A stretch of DNA of 64,000 bases from Octopus vulgaris (GCA_951406725.2 OX597815.1:157108001-157172000); one strand, 5' to 3'. Shown: positions 37,566 to 52,195, counted from the stretch's first letter. Notes: a model not told the origin generated them from the letters alone. Made by a program: numbers and translations.

Positions 37566-40500
37566 ATTGTTTTCGTTCCAGCACACGATCTCAGATCAGG
37601 TCACTTGCTATGCAAGTACATCTCCGTAATTATTTTATTCTATTCTTGTTTAACATAAACCAGACAGTTGATTATTCTCGCCGACACAGATCCCTAACTG
37701 GATTCTTCGGATTCTGGACATCAAAATATTTGAGAAGTTTATCAGCTGATTTTCTTTTAATTTTCTTTTAATCCATTTTTAGTTATATGTGCTATAATTA
37801 TAATTGTTGTTGTTCCTTCCCAATCAGTCTTGATCGAGCAGAAATATAATCAAAGGTGTTCTGTCTGTGCTCTTCAGTTCATTGTGTTTATCAAGAACTA
37901 CGTTGACTAATATCTTGTTCATCTTTTAGTAATACAGGCATTATTTAAGGAAGGTTTGCGTGCTATTTCTATCAGGCCGAACTACCAGGAAGATGCCTTC
38001 TAGTTAACTCTTTGTTGCTGAGTTTATAAAAAACAATGACAGAACAGAATGCCAGAAAACATTGCTTTTAACATTTGCTACATTCCTTTACATTCAAAGT
38101 TCAAATTCCACAAATGTTGACTTTGACCTCCATCTTTCGGAAGGTGATTAACTACCAGACAAGTACTGAACTTGAAGTAATTTCTCTCTCCCTCTCCTTC
38201 TCTTTCTCTCTCCTTCCACCACACAAAAATACCACATTTTCACATCCTACATCAGATATCCTAAGAGTTGACTTTTTTGTCCTCTGTCTTCATTTGGTAA
38301 TATACACCAGAAATATCAATGCTATTTTCAGGTAGCTATTATTATAACGAACGTTAGACTATAGCAGCAGAACATTTACTGATGAGAAGTTTCAATACTG
38401 AAAAAAGAGTCAAATTCATCCATCCATCCATGTTCTTCTCTCACTATCACAGAGAAGACCGTGGTACTTCTTTCATAGGGTCCTATCAGAAGAAAGCATC
38501 ATTAGAATTCCCAGCGAGACTCCCGAGAGTGACCAACAGAGATTATAGATATTATCCCACCGTCTCGTTCTTGGTCTACTCTTAGATCTCCTGCGGGTTG
38601 GTTCGACTTGAAGAACCCATCTTGCGATTCTTTCTTTCGACATTCTAATCCAATGTACGACCGGAGCTGTGACATATACATATCAATACGGAGAAGTTGA
38701 GGCTTGACCTAGAGAGACCCCACCACCACCACCACCACTGATTTCTGAGCTACATACGCTGTAGAATAATGTTACTTCAGAAATCCTTTGGAGGAATCCC
38801 CGAACTCTTCGGTCATTTACCAGCATTTATGACCACAGGTGAAAACCGAAATGAAGATAGTAGAGCCAAATTTATTATAATATTTGTTTTGTCTGAGACT
38901 TTAAGTTTCACCTGATAGTTTATTCAACTGGTTCAATAAAGCGTCTGGCATTTTACCGGGGATATAATGTATTTGGTTCAATCAATCACTCTTCTCTGAG
39001 AAATCAATAGTCTCTCAGGAAAATCAAAGTATTAAAATCAGTGTTTAATTTACTGCTGGTGCCACGATGTTATATTTAAAGTTGGTGGGTTGTTGCTTTG
39101 TTACATTTGAAATGATATTGTTTAATCCCAGGTTATTCATGGTCGAGCAGCTGTATGATTAAAGATATCCATGCCAGGATCATCGGGTTTTCGCTTACGA
39201 TATAATGTATTCAGGACTACATTATCCGGAATACATACGTCTCTTTCTCTTTGTAAGTTGAGTAATGTTATTTAAGGGAACTTTGGCAGATATTTCTAAT
39301 GAGTGGAGTGAACAGGTACAGGTTCTCTCGTTGACTCAGACAAAATATTGTTGGTAACAGTGAAATTGATACTTCCGCTATTAATATTAATTGAAAATTA
39401 TTGATAACATGTAATAATATTTATAGCATGGATGAGTATTGATATCACTGAAGAATATTGATAACATTCATCATTGCGGTAGCGTTGTAAAGTATTGTCT
39501 TGTGTTGGAGTCTATGTGAAGAATATGAAGTGTTGATGCGTTCATTGGTATGATTAAAATATTCGTTCAATAGGCACAGGCGTGGCTATGTGGTTGCAGC
39601 CAACGTGATTTTGGGTTCCTTGGGCTGTGCATGAATTTAGTAAACGGAAGCTGTGCGGAAGCCCGTCGTGTTTAAATATATATATTCTTTAACGAGAATA
39701 GTATTGACAGTGCCTTCGAAGCTTCGATGATGGCTTGGTTGGCTGGGAATTTTGTACTCTACAAAAGCATTCAGGGACCCTTCAAATTAATGTAAAATCG
39801 TTTTTATCATAACTGAACATAACTGAACAATGTGTGTGTGTGTGTGTGTGTGTATTAAGGTAGTGAGCTGGTAGTATCGTTCGCCCACCGGACAAAATGC
39901 CTAGCGGTATTTCCTCTGTCTTTGCGTTCTGAGTTCAAATTCCGCCGGGATTGGCTTTGCCTTTCATCCTTTCGAAATCGATAAAATAAGTATCAATTGA
40001 GCTGGGTTCGATCTAATCGACTTACCCACTTCCAGGAAATTGCTATCTTTGCGACAAAATTTGAAACTAATAAATGTATGTATGTATTTGTTTGTGTGTA
40101 TCCTACCACCACCACTACTTGACAACCAGTGTTGGTTTGTTCACATCCCCGTAAGATTTAACAAAATAATGCTGGGATCGATCTGTTCAACTAAACACTT
40201 CAAGGCGGTGCTCCAGCATGACCGCAGCCCAATGACTGAGACAAACAAAAGATAAAAGTTACTGCTTGTTAGAAGTACGTAGGTAAAATGGAGATTCTCA
40301 TTGAAAGAAGATTTATAGAGAAAAAAACCACATAAAGCGAGTGTCCATACTATGACAGACTAGCATACTCGTTTCTTAAGGTGAACTCGTAATACGTGTG
40401 AAAATTCTATAGTTATTTTGATAATTGTAAGATTGTTAGAATTTTATAGAGAACTATGAATTACAGTACTTTCTTTTGAGGTTGTATTATTTCTGAAGCG

Positions 40501-41251
40501 TTTGATTTTTTGAGATGGTGTAAAATCCACACATCTGAAGGAGCTAAGATAATAAAGTCTTTGAAAACTATATTCTTTGTTATAAATTGTCGCTTATGTC
40601 TGTCTTCGTAGTTGTTATCTATTATTTGTTTATCTTTGCGTCAAGTAAATAATCTTAACTATGAAACTAAATCAAAGACAGAATTTGTTTATGTTATTTT
40701 GCTGCAGTATCTGTCAGTAAAATTTTAACAAACCTTAATGCTCTTATTTTCATTTCGGATTATAATATCCGTGACTGCACTTGAACTCGTAGCCTCAATG
40801 AATGAAACAGTACCTGTTTCACTGACCTCAGGATTTTAAATATAATTGTATTTCAATGATATATGGGTGAATCTTAATTTAAAATATTCATTGATTAGCG
40901 ATTGTCATATGAATAATATATATAATATAAATATAATAATCTAACTTTGGGTTCGCTCCATATTTTTCGGTCGTCTAAAGAATAATATGAATGTTGTTTT
41001 TATAAGAGATTACATCTTCGATTTCGTTCCAATTGTTTAAACAGTTAAATATATAGACTACAGTAGAATGATAATATAGAAATGTCGTCCTTTGTTAGTT
41101 TTATACAAGGTATGGTAAATGTGTTATCACAACTGGACGAAATATCGATTGTAGAGTTTGTTGTTCGTCGAGTTATCGACGTTATGTGTTCCTAGCAAAA
41201 AAAAATATATATATTTTCATCGTTGTACAATAGACTACATCCGTCACCCGG

Positions 41252-41431
41252 TTTAACACCATTATTTGGTTCTTGTATACCTTTGTCAGAATTCAGTTTA
41301 ACTCAAACATTCTTAACACCATCATTTGGTTCTTGTATACCTTTGTCAGAATTCAGTTTAACTCAAACATTCTTAACACCATCATTTGGTTCTTGTATAC
41401 CTTTGTCAGAATTCAGTTTACCTCAAACATT
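41252..41431 (+). repeat. 60-bp tandem repeat, 3 copies
   Basis: TTAACACCATCATTTGGTTCTTGTATACCTTTGTCAGAATTCAGTTTAACTCAAACATTC x3. Confidence 0.95.
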
Positions 41432-42274
41432 CGGGTCCGATTTGCGGTCTGAGGACAACTTCTTCGTTTCCATTCCACCAACGCCAAAGATCCTGAAAAG
41501 GCTTATAGTTACTCTCCTTCCTTCTCTCCCAACTAAGTTCTGTAAAAACAAGCACTCAGCTCTCAACATATCCAATCTAGATGTCAACAAGTATCATAGG
41601 GAACTACACTTTGCTGCTGGAAAAGTGGAATACTTCATTATTGAAAACTGATTAATTTCTTAGCAAAGTTGAGCTTAAATTCTAACTTCAATGGACAAAA
41701 TCCTGATAAACTAACGTACTAGCTCTCAACTGTTCGACATTGGAATGGATAAAAATTAAAATGAGATCAAATTTATTGGTAAAACCTCACTTTGGAACAT
41801 AATAGAACCTTAGACTCAAAGATGCACTGTTTCTTATTTGTGTCACTTCTACGGCAACTTGAGTATCTTTTACTCATCTGAACTAAGCGATTTCTAACAA
41901 TTTCACCTAAATTTCTAATTTTTTTTTCCTCTCCTTATCCAACCCTACTGTTAGTCAGCATCAACCACAGTACTAAACACTTTGCCAGATCAAGGCTCCT
42001 CATATTTTCAGGCCTGTAAAATTACCACGATTTTGATGTACTGCTTTACTCTACAATGGTAAGCCATGAATCCTAAGTTCTATTCCCAACCATTCTTCGA
42101 GACCCTCCAAAACACCATAAGTGCAACAAATCCTCCTCTGCCTAAACCAGTGAAAAATAATTTTAATTAAACGAAAAAAAAAAATACCCTGCTGAATATT
42201 TGATCGGATTCTCATGCACAGCCTCTGATGACAATCCCAGGTGCATATAAAAGCTCTAGAATTCCCACAGGTGC

Positions 42275-42400
42275 TGTCTTCTTCTTCTTCTTCTTCTTCT
42301 TCTTCTTCTTCTTCTTCTTCTTCTCCTCTTCTTCTTCTTCTTCTTCTTCTCCTCTTCTTCTTCTTCTTCTTCTTCTTCTTCTTCTCCTTCTCCTTCTTTC
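42275..42400 (+). repeat. (CTT)n microsatellite
   Basis: Direct reading. Confidence 0.95.
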
Positions 42401-43038
42401 AATCAGGACTCACGCCATTAGAATAATCTCTAATTCGAGCCTACAAGCTACTAAGAATGCATGTGGCAACTTGAAGATCCGCCCACCACACGCGATAGAC
42501 TGGCGGTTGCACAGGCGCGAAAGCTACGTTGTTATCCTCATTCCGTAAACGGTGGCTTTTAACGGGTGGAGAGCTGAACCATCCTGGGGTACAGAGGATT
42601 CACAATCCAGACTAGCGTCTGAAAGTTTACCACACCACAGTGGATTACAGCATGGTTCCTATGCTTTGTGGCAGAAGTAGGAAGAAAGTGTGAGAGAAAG
42701 TTGTGGTGAAAGAATACAGTGGGGTTCACCACTACCCCCACCGGAGCCTCGTGGAACTTAGGTGTTTTTGCTAAGTTGTTGTTTCACAAATAGAACATCA
42801 ACCATATTTGTCTCACCAATGTAGAAGAATTTCAAGAGGTGGTGGATACTGCTGCCCTCTTTTCCAACTCGTGGATTATTTAATAGCAATACATTCCGGT
42901 AATTAGTCGTGAATCAAGATAAGGTGTAGACTAAAACGGCAAAATTGATTATCGAAAGATTTTTTTTCTGAAAATGACTAATAAGACAAAACAAAAGAAT
43001 GAATTTTCACACGCTTAAAAATTGGTTTTCTAAAGAGG

Positions 43039-43161
<123 letters not shown>

Positions 43162-43361
43162 GGTGAATGAATTATCCTATGTTTATCGTCAGCATGGAAA
43201 ATTGGTTTAACCGAAACCTGGGTAGCAAATTCACGTCAGAAACACGGTTGAAGCGACCTGTCCAAGGGTAGAAACTCCGGGTTCATGTGCAGAAATTTGT
43301 GGGTTGTATATGAATAAATGAAAGAATGAAGTCGAACGAAGATGTTATCAAAATTCCTTTA

Positions 43362-43443
43362 CTCTCGACATATGTTTCGAAGACAACATGTTTTCATTCC
43401 AAAGGAATAAAGGGTGCATTATGCAATCTTCTCATCAGGAAAG
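43362..43443 (-). ncRNA. Type I hammerhead ribozyme in 3' pseudo-LTR
   Basis: CTTTC-CTGATGA-GAAGA...TCTTC-GAAAC-ATAT-GTC-GAGAG. Confidence 0.8.
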
Positions 43444-43720
43444 AAAGGGAGCCTCTCTCGACAACAAGACAAACAAAAATTTCGATGACTGCCTACATGG
43501 TAAACAAAACGATAATGAGTATTTTTTTTAAAAATCGTTAGAAGAATTGACGTCAAAGATAGATAGTAGGAAGAGAAGGGTTAAAGAAATAATAGGTAGG
43601 GAACAAGTGGAGAGGGAAGGGTACGTTGATTGAAAGAATGTTCGAAGGCTTAGGAAAGAATTTCGCTATAGAAGTGGGGAGACGTAAAGCTAATTGTTCA
43701 AACCACAATGACTATCGTTA

Positions 43721-44107
43721 TCATTTATATGAGTAGAAAGTATGTTTCTGCCAGTGTTTACATTTGTATGATTTTTCTATGAGTGTGTTTACTAGGGGAA
43801 CCTTAGAGAAGAGAATATAGAAGAGTTCAGAGTTGCAAATGTTACAAAATCTCCTGCCCTTATCAAAAGGAAAGGATACAGACAGTATGAACCAATCTAA
43901 CTTGAAATTTATATTGTTGTCTTTAAGACGCCAAACTAATTTACTTAGCCCAGTACTATGTCGTTTTTTACTATCCCTGAATGTTGAATAATGGTTTGAA
44001 ATTCTCTTGGATAACTGGGAAGTGGACGCTCCTATATAGAAGACATCGGTACCGGAAGAAATTCTACACTGATAAATAGAATTCTTAATCTTAGAATTAC
44101 TAGACAA
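43721..44107 (-). CDS. Penelope-type GIY-YIG endonuclease domain (truncated ORF remnant)
   Basis: NSIYQC...FYIGAS...KRISNH...STGLSKLVW...CNICNSE...LVN...CKH. Confidence 0.85.
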   Translation of the reverse strand: MSSNSKIKNSIYQCRISSGTDVFYIGASTSQLSKRISNHYSTFRDSKKRHSTGLSKLVWRLKDNNINFKLDWFILSVSFPFDKGRRFCNICNSELFYILFSKVPLVNTLIEKSYKCKHWQKHTFYSYK

Positions 44108-44701
44108 AAATTTTATTCTGTTGGGGTTGTCCTCCGAGATCGAAACGAAGTTTTTATTGTTATGATTGTTGTTACTATTATTATTAGCGCCAACAACTAC
44201 ACTATTTCTATTATTATTAGTATTATTAGTGGTAATACAACCAGTAATACCACCGACAATAATACCGTTATTATTGTTACCATCAACACTAACATTGTTA
44301 TTAACACGGCTAATACTATTATTAATGTTATCATTGATAACACTTTCGCTGCTACCAATGCTGTTACTATTAATACTATTCCTATTATTATGATTGTATG
44401 ATGAGTTGGAATTAGCAAGATTAGTGTTGGAACTCCCGGGTGAAGAATCTTTGTTTAGCAGCTTGGTATTGTGGGAAGATACACTAATCTTGCTAATTTT
44501 TCGAACATTCTTTCAATCAACGTACCCTTCCCTCTCCACTTGTTCCATACCTATTATTCCTTTAACCCTTCTCTTCCTACTATCTATCTTTGACGTCAAT
44601 TCTTCTAACGGTTTTTTAAAAAAGACTCATTATCGTTTTGTTTACCATGTAGGCAGTCATCGAAATTTTTGTTTGTCTTGTTGTCGAGAGAGGCTCCCTT
44701 T

Positions 44702-44781
44702 CTTTCCTGATGAGAAGATTGCATAAAGCACCCTTTATTCCTTTGGAATGAAAACATGTTGTCTTCGAAACATGTCGAGAG
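44702..44781 (+). ncRNA. Type I hammerhead ribozyme in inverted pseudo-LTR
   Basis: CTTTC-CTGATGA-GAAGA...TCTTC-GAAAC-AT-GTC-GAGAG. Confidence 0.75.
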
Positions 44782-44828
44782 TAAAGGAATTTTGATAACA
44801 TCTTCGTTCGACTCCATTCTTTCATTTA

Positions 44829-44926
<98 letters not shown>

Positions 44927-44982
44927 CATACATATATATATATGTATTTATATATATATGTATATATATATGCATATATATG

Positions 44983-45056
44983 TAAACTTAGATAAACTTA
45001 GATATGTTTCGACCAAAGATTGGTCTAGGCCATGTCTAACTTAATAGCACCACCTG
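44983..45056 (-). mobile_element. Extreme 3' fragment of a LINE related to 22853-27495
   Basis: Reverse complement CAGGTGGTGCTATTAAGTTAGACATGGCCT is identical to 27420-27449; followed by a tandem TATCTAAGTT tail. Confidence 0.8.
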
Positions 45057-45077
45057 ATGTATGTGTATATATATATG

Positions 45078-45130
<53 letters not shown>

Positions 45131-45135
<5 letters not shown>

Positions 45136-46825
45136 ATGTAAACAGAGTTAGCGGTTATAGTAATCGACTAAAGGATAAAATATCCGTATATACTATCGGT
45201 GTCCGTTACCTGTATTACCCCTGGGCAATGGTGTGCAGGCACACCATACACGTAGAGTGCAGATAACAACAGGATAAGCAAGAGTTTATCAGGAACCAAT
45301 GCAAATAATTAGAAAATGGAGAAAACCACAGATTAACCAACACATTGGTTGGACCACATTTATCGCTTATTTTTTAATACGAAGCATGACATAATCAAAA
45401 TAGGTAACGTAACATATCTTACGGCCGTTACTGGTCAGATTGCCAAAATGCAGTCTATACATAAATGCAAGAATAAAATTCTTCATCTTCATAGGACATT
45501 CGAATTAAGGCAACGGATCTTCAGAGTGTAGAACAAGAGCATATACTATAAATAAAAGGAAGAAGGAAAAGGAAAGAAAACATGGCTTAGACAAGTAATT
45601 TGGAAGACCAATATATTAAGAGCAAGTTCGGTAGGTAAAAGGGTAAAAGAGTGAGCTAGTAAAGGTCCAGGGAATACTACAATTTATTAACGAGTAGGTG
45701 CAATTTTAAGGGCGTGGTCAGGGTATTTGAAAAATAAATTATCTAGAAACTATATATAAGGAAAATACTAAGATGATTATCAAAGGTTAGTACCTATGCA
45801 AACGGAGTAAACTCAAGTAAAAGTAAACAATTATCGTAGGGGGCTGAAGAAACAATTTACTCACAGAAATTACTACTGAGAACCCATCTATGATCCACAA
45901 TGGAGCAAGTCTAAATCCACCGGTCTCTAGAATTGGTCAGTTACAATTTGAACCGGGGTCACAAGTTAAAACTGTAACAAATGATTTGCTTATGAAATAA
46001 ACAAGAAAAGAAAAGAGAAAAAAGGAAAAAAGATACGGAGGATAAGTCAATACATAAATATTGAGGGCCGTTTATGTCCTTCAGCATCTTAACGCTATAA
46101 CATACATGAGGGGAAAATTAGGGAGTCTGCAGGTTAGTGGTTAAGGGGAGGCAACTACTACTGGTAATTCAGCGATCAAATGAACACTGCTAGCGAATGA
46201 AATTGGGCTAAACCTCATATATAACGCATTGTAATAATAATTAGGTACATACAGGTATGTAAGCTAAATTCATCCTATAAGTGCACTGCAATACACAAAT
46301 AAAATGGCACTTACAATTAGGCGGATAACATATAAGGCCAAGTCTCGTACTGAAATAATATCAAGTAATGAAACCCCTAGTTATCAACAAATGTCCTAAG
46401 TAAGCTTCATAAGCATTACATAGTCATTAAAGTATATAGTTCCTATTATTATAAAGGATATTAAAAGAATATTGTGGCACTAATGGGTACAATTAATGCC
46501 TGGTCCACATGCGGATTGGTACTATGAGAAAAGTTACCTTGAATCAAGCAATTTGTTAAGTATGCCTAAAAGGTAAAAACAAATGCCTTGAGATAAGAAA
46601 GAAGTACTAATTGAATCTAATCATTAAAATTCTTAAAATTCTAAGCAAATTTATATTAACTTCAACTGGGTGCAAAAAAATACTTGTGGGTATAGAGTAC
46701 AATAAAGTAAAGAAAAAATATAAAATATATAATAAAAATAAGTTAAAAGGATGAAAAAAATCAAACATGGGGGAAACATTGTTCACATGTATGTAGGGCT
46801 AATAATGCGATAGAAAACCTAAGGT
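45131..46825 (-). mobile_element. Probable decayed (TA)n-flanked Penelope-like element
   Basis: Unique block between (TA)n arrays; minus-strand NCKCHFIC...CVIYEV remnant; degenerate CTGATAA core near 45290. Confidence 0.35.
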
Positions 46826-46842
46826 CTTTTTGTATGTGTATG

Positions 46843-46886
<44 letters not shown>

Positions 46887-46969
46887 GGTCCCGGGTTGAT
46901 TCGGGGTTAACCACAGTAAATAAGGTACTCAATACATAGCAGAGTAAAATTAATTTATTATATAGAAGG

Positions 46970-47020
46970 AGCTTCTACAGGACTAGAACTGTTTCATTCA
47001 AGAGAAATCTTCAGGAAGCT
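46970..47020 (-). ncRNA. Type I hammerhead ribozyme (left arm)
   Basis: Reverse complement of 51474-51524. Confidence 0.85.
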
Positions 47021-47670
47021 AGTTAACAAGAATTGTATTGGCATTTATACATTTAGGCAGGTTTAAAGGGGTGTTGGTGGGGGACTTTTTGGGGGTAGGC
47101 ATAGCGCAAAATATCATACTTGGGGAAGTGGTCAAGGAGTCAGTGTTAAATTAGATAGAAGAATAAATAAAAAATAAAAAAAATAAAATAAAAATATATA
47201 TATATATAAAAAAAGGGGGAATAGAGTTTTAGGTAAATAAGGAGATTCTCACTTATACCTATGCACATATGTATACATATATACACACGCATACAAACAT
47301 ATATACAAATACATACACACATACATACACACACATATATATATACATATATATACACTTACACATACATATACATATCTACACATACACATATATGTAT
47401 ACATACACATATATGTATACATACACACACTCACATGCATACACGTATACACACAAGTATATATACACACATGTATATATACACACACGACCACACATAC
47501 ATATACACACAGAAAAATATATATACACATACACACACATACTCACATACACGCATACACACACAACAAATCCACACACACACATGCACACACAGCACAC
47601 TAGTCCCTATATACACATATATACACATACACACATATATACACACACATACATACACATACATATACAT

Positions 47671-47716
<46 letters not shown>

Positions 47717-48125
47717 GTGTACCTATGCATACCTACACATACACACATATATATATACACATACAAATACAGACCCATTCCCTAATTTTCATTTTATTAT
47801 CTTCGTTTATTACTTTTGTTATCTTTGGCCGCTTGGTCACAAACATCTTGGCTATGACAGCCAGTCCATTTATCTGTCTACTGGAAAACAAGCACTCATT
47901 CACTCACGCACACTCTTTAGCACGTACACTCACTCATTCGTACACTCATACACATACACGCACGCACGCGTTATATTCATACATACATACATCTACATAC
48001 ATTCACGTATATACACATACGTACGCGTACCTACAGATTCATGTCTACACTCTTAGAAGGCTAGTCTATACATATACACCAATAAATATAAATACACACA
48101 CATACACGTACACCTACATACAAAT

Positions 48126-48195
<70 letters not shown>

Positions 48196-48871
48196 TCACA
48201 TACATATACACACATATACATACACACACATACAAACACACATATACACATATACACACATATACACATATATACACACATACACATACATACATATACA
48301 CACATACACATACATACGTATACATACATACATACATCCATACATCCATACATACATACATTTATACACATACACACACCCACATACATACATATATATA
48401 TACACGCACATATATATATATCTATATATATATATATATATATATATACATACATATACATATATACATATATACACATACATTCATACACACACATACA
48501 TATACATACATACATATACAAATATACGCACACACATACATACATACTCATATACTCATACACGCACATACACATGTACATGCGTACCCATACACACACA
48601 CACACACGCGCGCGTCCATATATACACATAAGTACACCCATGCGTAAAAGTATACATATATCTATGCTTACACATACACACACACACACGCGCCTCCTTA
48701 TATTCATACTTACATGCATACTCAAAAAATAAGTAAATAGTAAAATATATATACGCGCAGTTATTCATACATGCATACTCAAAAAATAAATAATAAATAA
48801 TAAATATTAAGTATATGTACGTGCAGTTACCTATTATATAGACGGATACATACATATAAACTTACACACAT

Positions 48872-48916
<45 letters not shown>

Positions 48917-48981
48917 CATATATACACATATATATACACATACACACATACATACATATATATATATACACACACACACAT

Positions 48982-49026
<45 letters not shown>

Positions 49027-49562
49027 CATACATACTTACACATGTACATATAAATACACACATAGATAACTCTACGTACCTACATATACATAAACACACG
49101 AGCGTACGCGTATATGTACATATACACATACACATACACACGCATATATATACATACATACATACACATACACACATGTATACACACACACACATACACA
49201 TATATATACATACACATATATATACACATATATATATATATATATATATATGTGTATATATATGTATGTGTATATATATGTGTATGTATATATATGTGTA
49301 TGTGAGTGTGTGTGTATACATGTGTGTATGTGTATGTATGTATGTATATATATGCGTGTGTATGTGTATCTGTATATGTACATATACGCGTACGCTCGTG
49401 TGTTTATGTATATGTAGGTACGTAGAGTTATCTATGTGTGTATTTATATGTACATGTGTAAGTATGTCTGTATATGTATATATATATATATATGTGTGTA
49501 TGTGTGTGTGTGTATATATATATGTATGTATGTGTGTATGTGTATATATATGTGTATATATG

Positions 49563-49615
<53 letters not shown>

Positions 49616-50294
49616 TGTGTGTGTGTAAGTTTATATGTATGTATCCGTCTATATAATAGGTAACTGCACGTACATATACTTAATATTTATTATTTATTAT
49701 TTATTTTTTATGAGTATGCATGTATGAATAACTGCGCGTATATATATTTTACTATTTACTTATTTTCTGAGTATGCATGTAAGTATGAATATAAGGAGGC
49801 GCGTGTGTGTGTGTGTATGTGTAAGCATAGATATATGTATACTTTTACGCATGGGTGTACTTATGTGTATATATGGACGCGCGCGTGTGTGTGTGTGTGT
49901 ATGGGTACGCATGTACATGTGTATGTGCGTGTATGAGTATATGAGTATGTATGTATGTGTGTGCGTATATTTGTATATGTATGTATGTATATGTATGTGT
50001 GTGTATGAATGTATGTGTATATATGTATATATGTATATGTATGTATATATATATATATATATATATATAGACATATATATATGCGCGTATATATATATGT
50101 ATGTATGTGGGTGTGTGTATGTGTATAAATGTATGTATGTATGGATGTATGGATGTATGTATGTATGTATACGTATGTATGTGTATGTGTGTATATGTAT
50201 GTATGTGTATGTGTGTATATATGTGTATATGTGTGTATATGTGTATATATGTGTTTGTATGTGTGTGTATGTATATGTGTGTATATGTATGTGA

Positions 50295-50366
<72 letters not shown>

Positions 50367-50777
50367 ATTTGTATGTAGGTGTACGTGTATGTGTGTGTAT
50401 TTATATTTATTGGTGTATATGTATAGACTAGCCTTCTAAGAGTGTAGACATGAATCTGTAGGTACGCGTACGTATGTGTATATACGTGAATGTATGTAGA
50501 TGTATGTATGTATGAATATAACGCGTGCGTGCGTGTATGTGTATGAGTGTACGAATGAGTGAGTGTACGTGCTAAAGAGTGTGCGTGAGTGAATGAGTGC
50601 TTGTTTTCCAGTAGACAGATAAATGGACTGGCTGTCATAGCCAAGATGTTTGTGACCAAGCGGCCAAAGATAACAAAAGTAATAAACGAAGATAATAAAA
50701 TTAAAATTAGGGAATGGGTCTGTATTTGTATGTGTATATATATATATGTGTGTATGTGTAGGTATGCATAGGTACAC

Positions 50778-50821
<44 letters not shown>

Positions 50822-51473
50822 ATGTATATGTATGTGTATGTATGTGTGTGTGTGTATATATGTGTGTATGTGTATATATGTGTATATAGGGACTAGTGTG
50901 CTGTGTGTGCATGTGTGTGTGTGGATTTGTGTGTGTATGCGTGTATGTGAGTATGTGTGTGTATGTGTATATATATTTTTCTGTGTGTATATGTATGTGT
51001 GGTCGTGTGTGTATATATACATGTGTGTATATATACATGTGTGTATACGTGTATGCATGTGAGTGTGTGTATGTATACATATATGTGTATGTATACATAT
51101 ATGTGTATGTGTAGATATGTATATGTATGTGTAAGTGTATATATATGTATATATATATGTGTGTGTATGTATGTGTGTATGTATTTGTATATATGTTTGT
51201 ATGCGTGTGTATATATGTATACATATGTGCATAGGTATAAGTGAGAATCTCCTTATTTACCTAAAACTCTATTCCCCCTTTTTTTTATATATATATATAT
51301 TTTTATTTTATTTTTTTTATTTTTTATTTATTCTTCTATCTAATTTAACACTGACTCCTTGACCACTCCCCCAAGTATGATATTTTGCGCTATGCCTACC
51401 CCCAAAAAGTCCCCCACCAACACCCCTTTAAACCTGCCTAAATGTATAAATGCCAATACAATTCTTGTTAACT

Positions 51474-51524
51474 AGCTTCCTGAAGATTTCTCTTGAATGA
51501 AACAGTTCTAGTCCTGTAGAAGCT
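51474..51524 (+). ncRNA. Type I hammerhead ribozyme (right arm)
   Basis: AGCTTC-CTGAAGA-TTTC-TCTT-GAAT-GAAACAG-TTCTAGTC-CTGTA-GAAGCT: 6-bp stem I, 4-bp stem III, GUA triplet. Confidence 0.85.
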
Positions 51525-51535
51525 CCTTCTATATA

Positions 51536-51589
<54 letters not shown>

Positions 51590-51599
<10 letters not shown>

Positions 51600-52195
51600 G
51601 AGGGCATTATTACACATAAATGTCACGCGCTAGGAGGTACTTTGAAAGTCATTACTACCAAAAATAAACGAATCGTCCCAAATATAGATCTCGAAGCAAG
51701 ACATTTAGAAAAAGAATTTAGTTCCAGATCACTTGTGATTTCGCAATTAACGTATTATTTACGTCTTTTGTTCATCAGTGAAATATATTCAGAATACATC
51801 AAAAATAAACAAAACCAAACATACCTAGCGGTTCCGCTAGGTATGTTTGGTTTTGTTTATTTTTGATGTATTCTGAATATATTTCACTGATGAACAAAAG
51901 GCGTAAATAATACGTTAATTGCGAAATCACAAGTGATCTGGAACTAAATTCTTTTTCTAAATGTCTTGCTTCGACATCTGTATTTGGGACGATTCGTTTA
52001 TTTTTGGTAGTATTGACTTTCAAAGTACCTCCTAGCGTGTGGTATTTATGTGTAATAATGCCCTCTATATAATATTAAAAAATATTTTCAAGTCAAAAAA
52101 TTTTCAGATTTTTTTCTCTTATGAGGTTTTTCACGCTAACTACCTGATAATTTCTTGTTAAGATTTCTTATTAAGATTTTATCCTTAATTGTTAA

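Larger units (their letters stand above)
46863..51541 (-). mobile_element. 4.6-kb palindromic non-coding element with terminal hammerheads and one-sided tail
   Basis: Arms 46953-~49240/~49240-51541; tail 46863-46952; (TA)n flanks. Confidence 0.8.

Noticed and set aside
38372-38416. CTGATGA-GAAGT..ACT-GAAA...GTC
   Set aside because: Stems I and III do not pair
41252-41431. CRISPR-like regular repeats
   Set aside because: Head-to-tail 60-mers with no unique spacers, in a eukaryotic context
43500-43720. SECIS element downstream of the GIY-YIG ORF
   Set aside because: An ATGA is present but no convincing SECIS helix, and no in-frame UGA in the remnant
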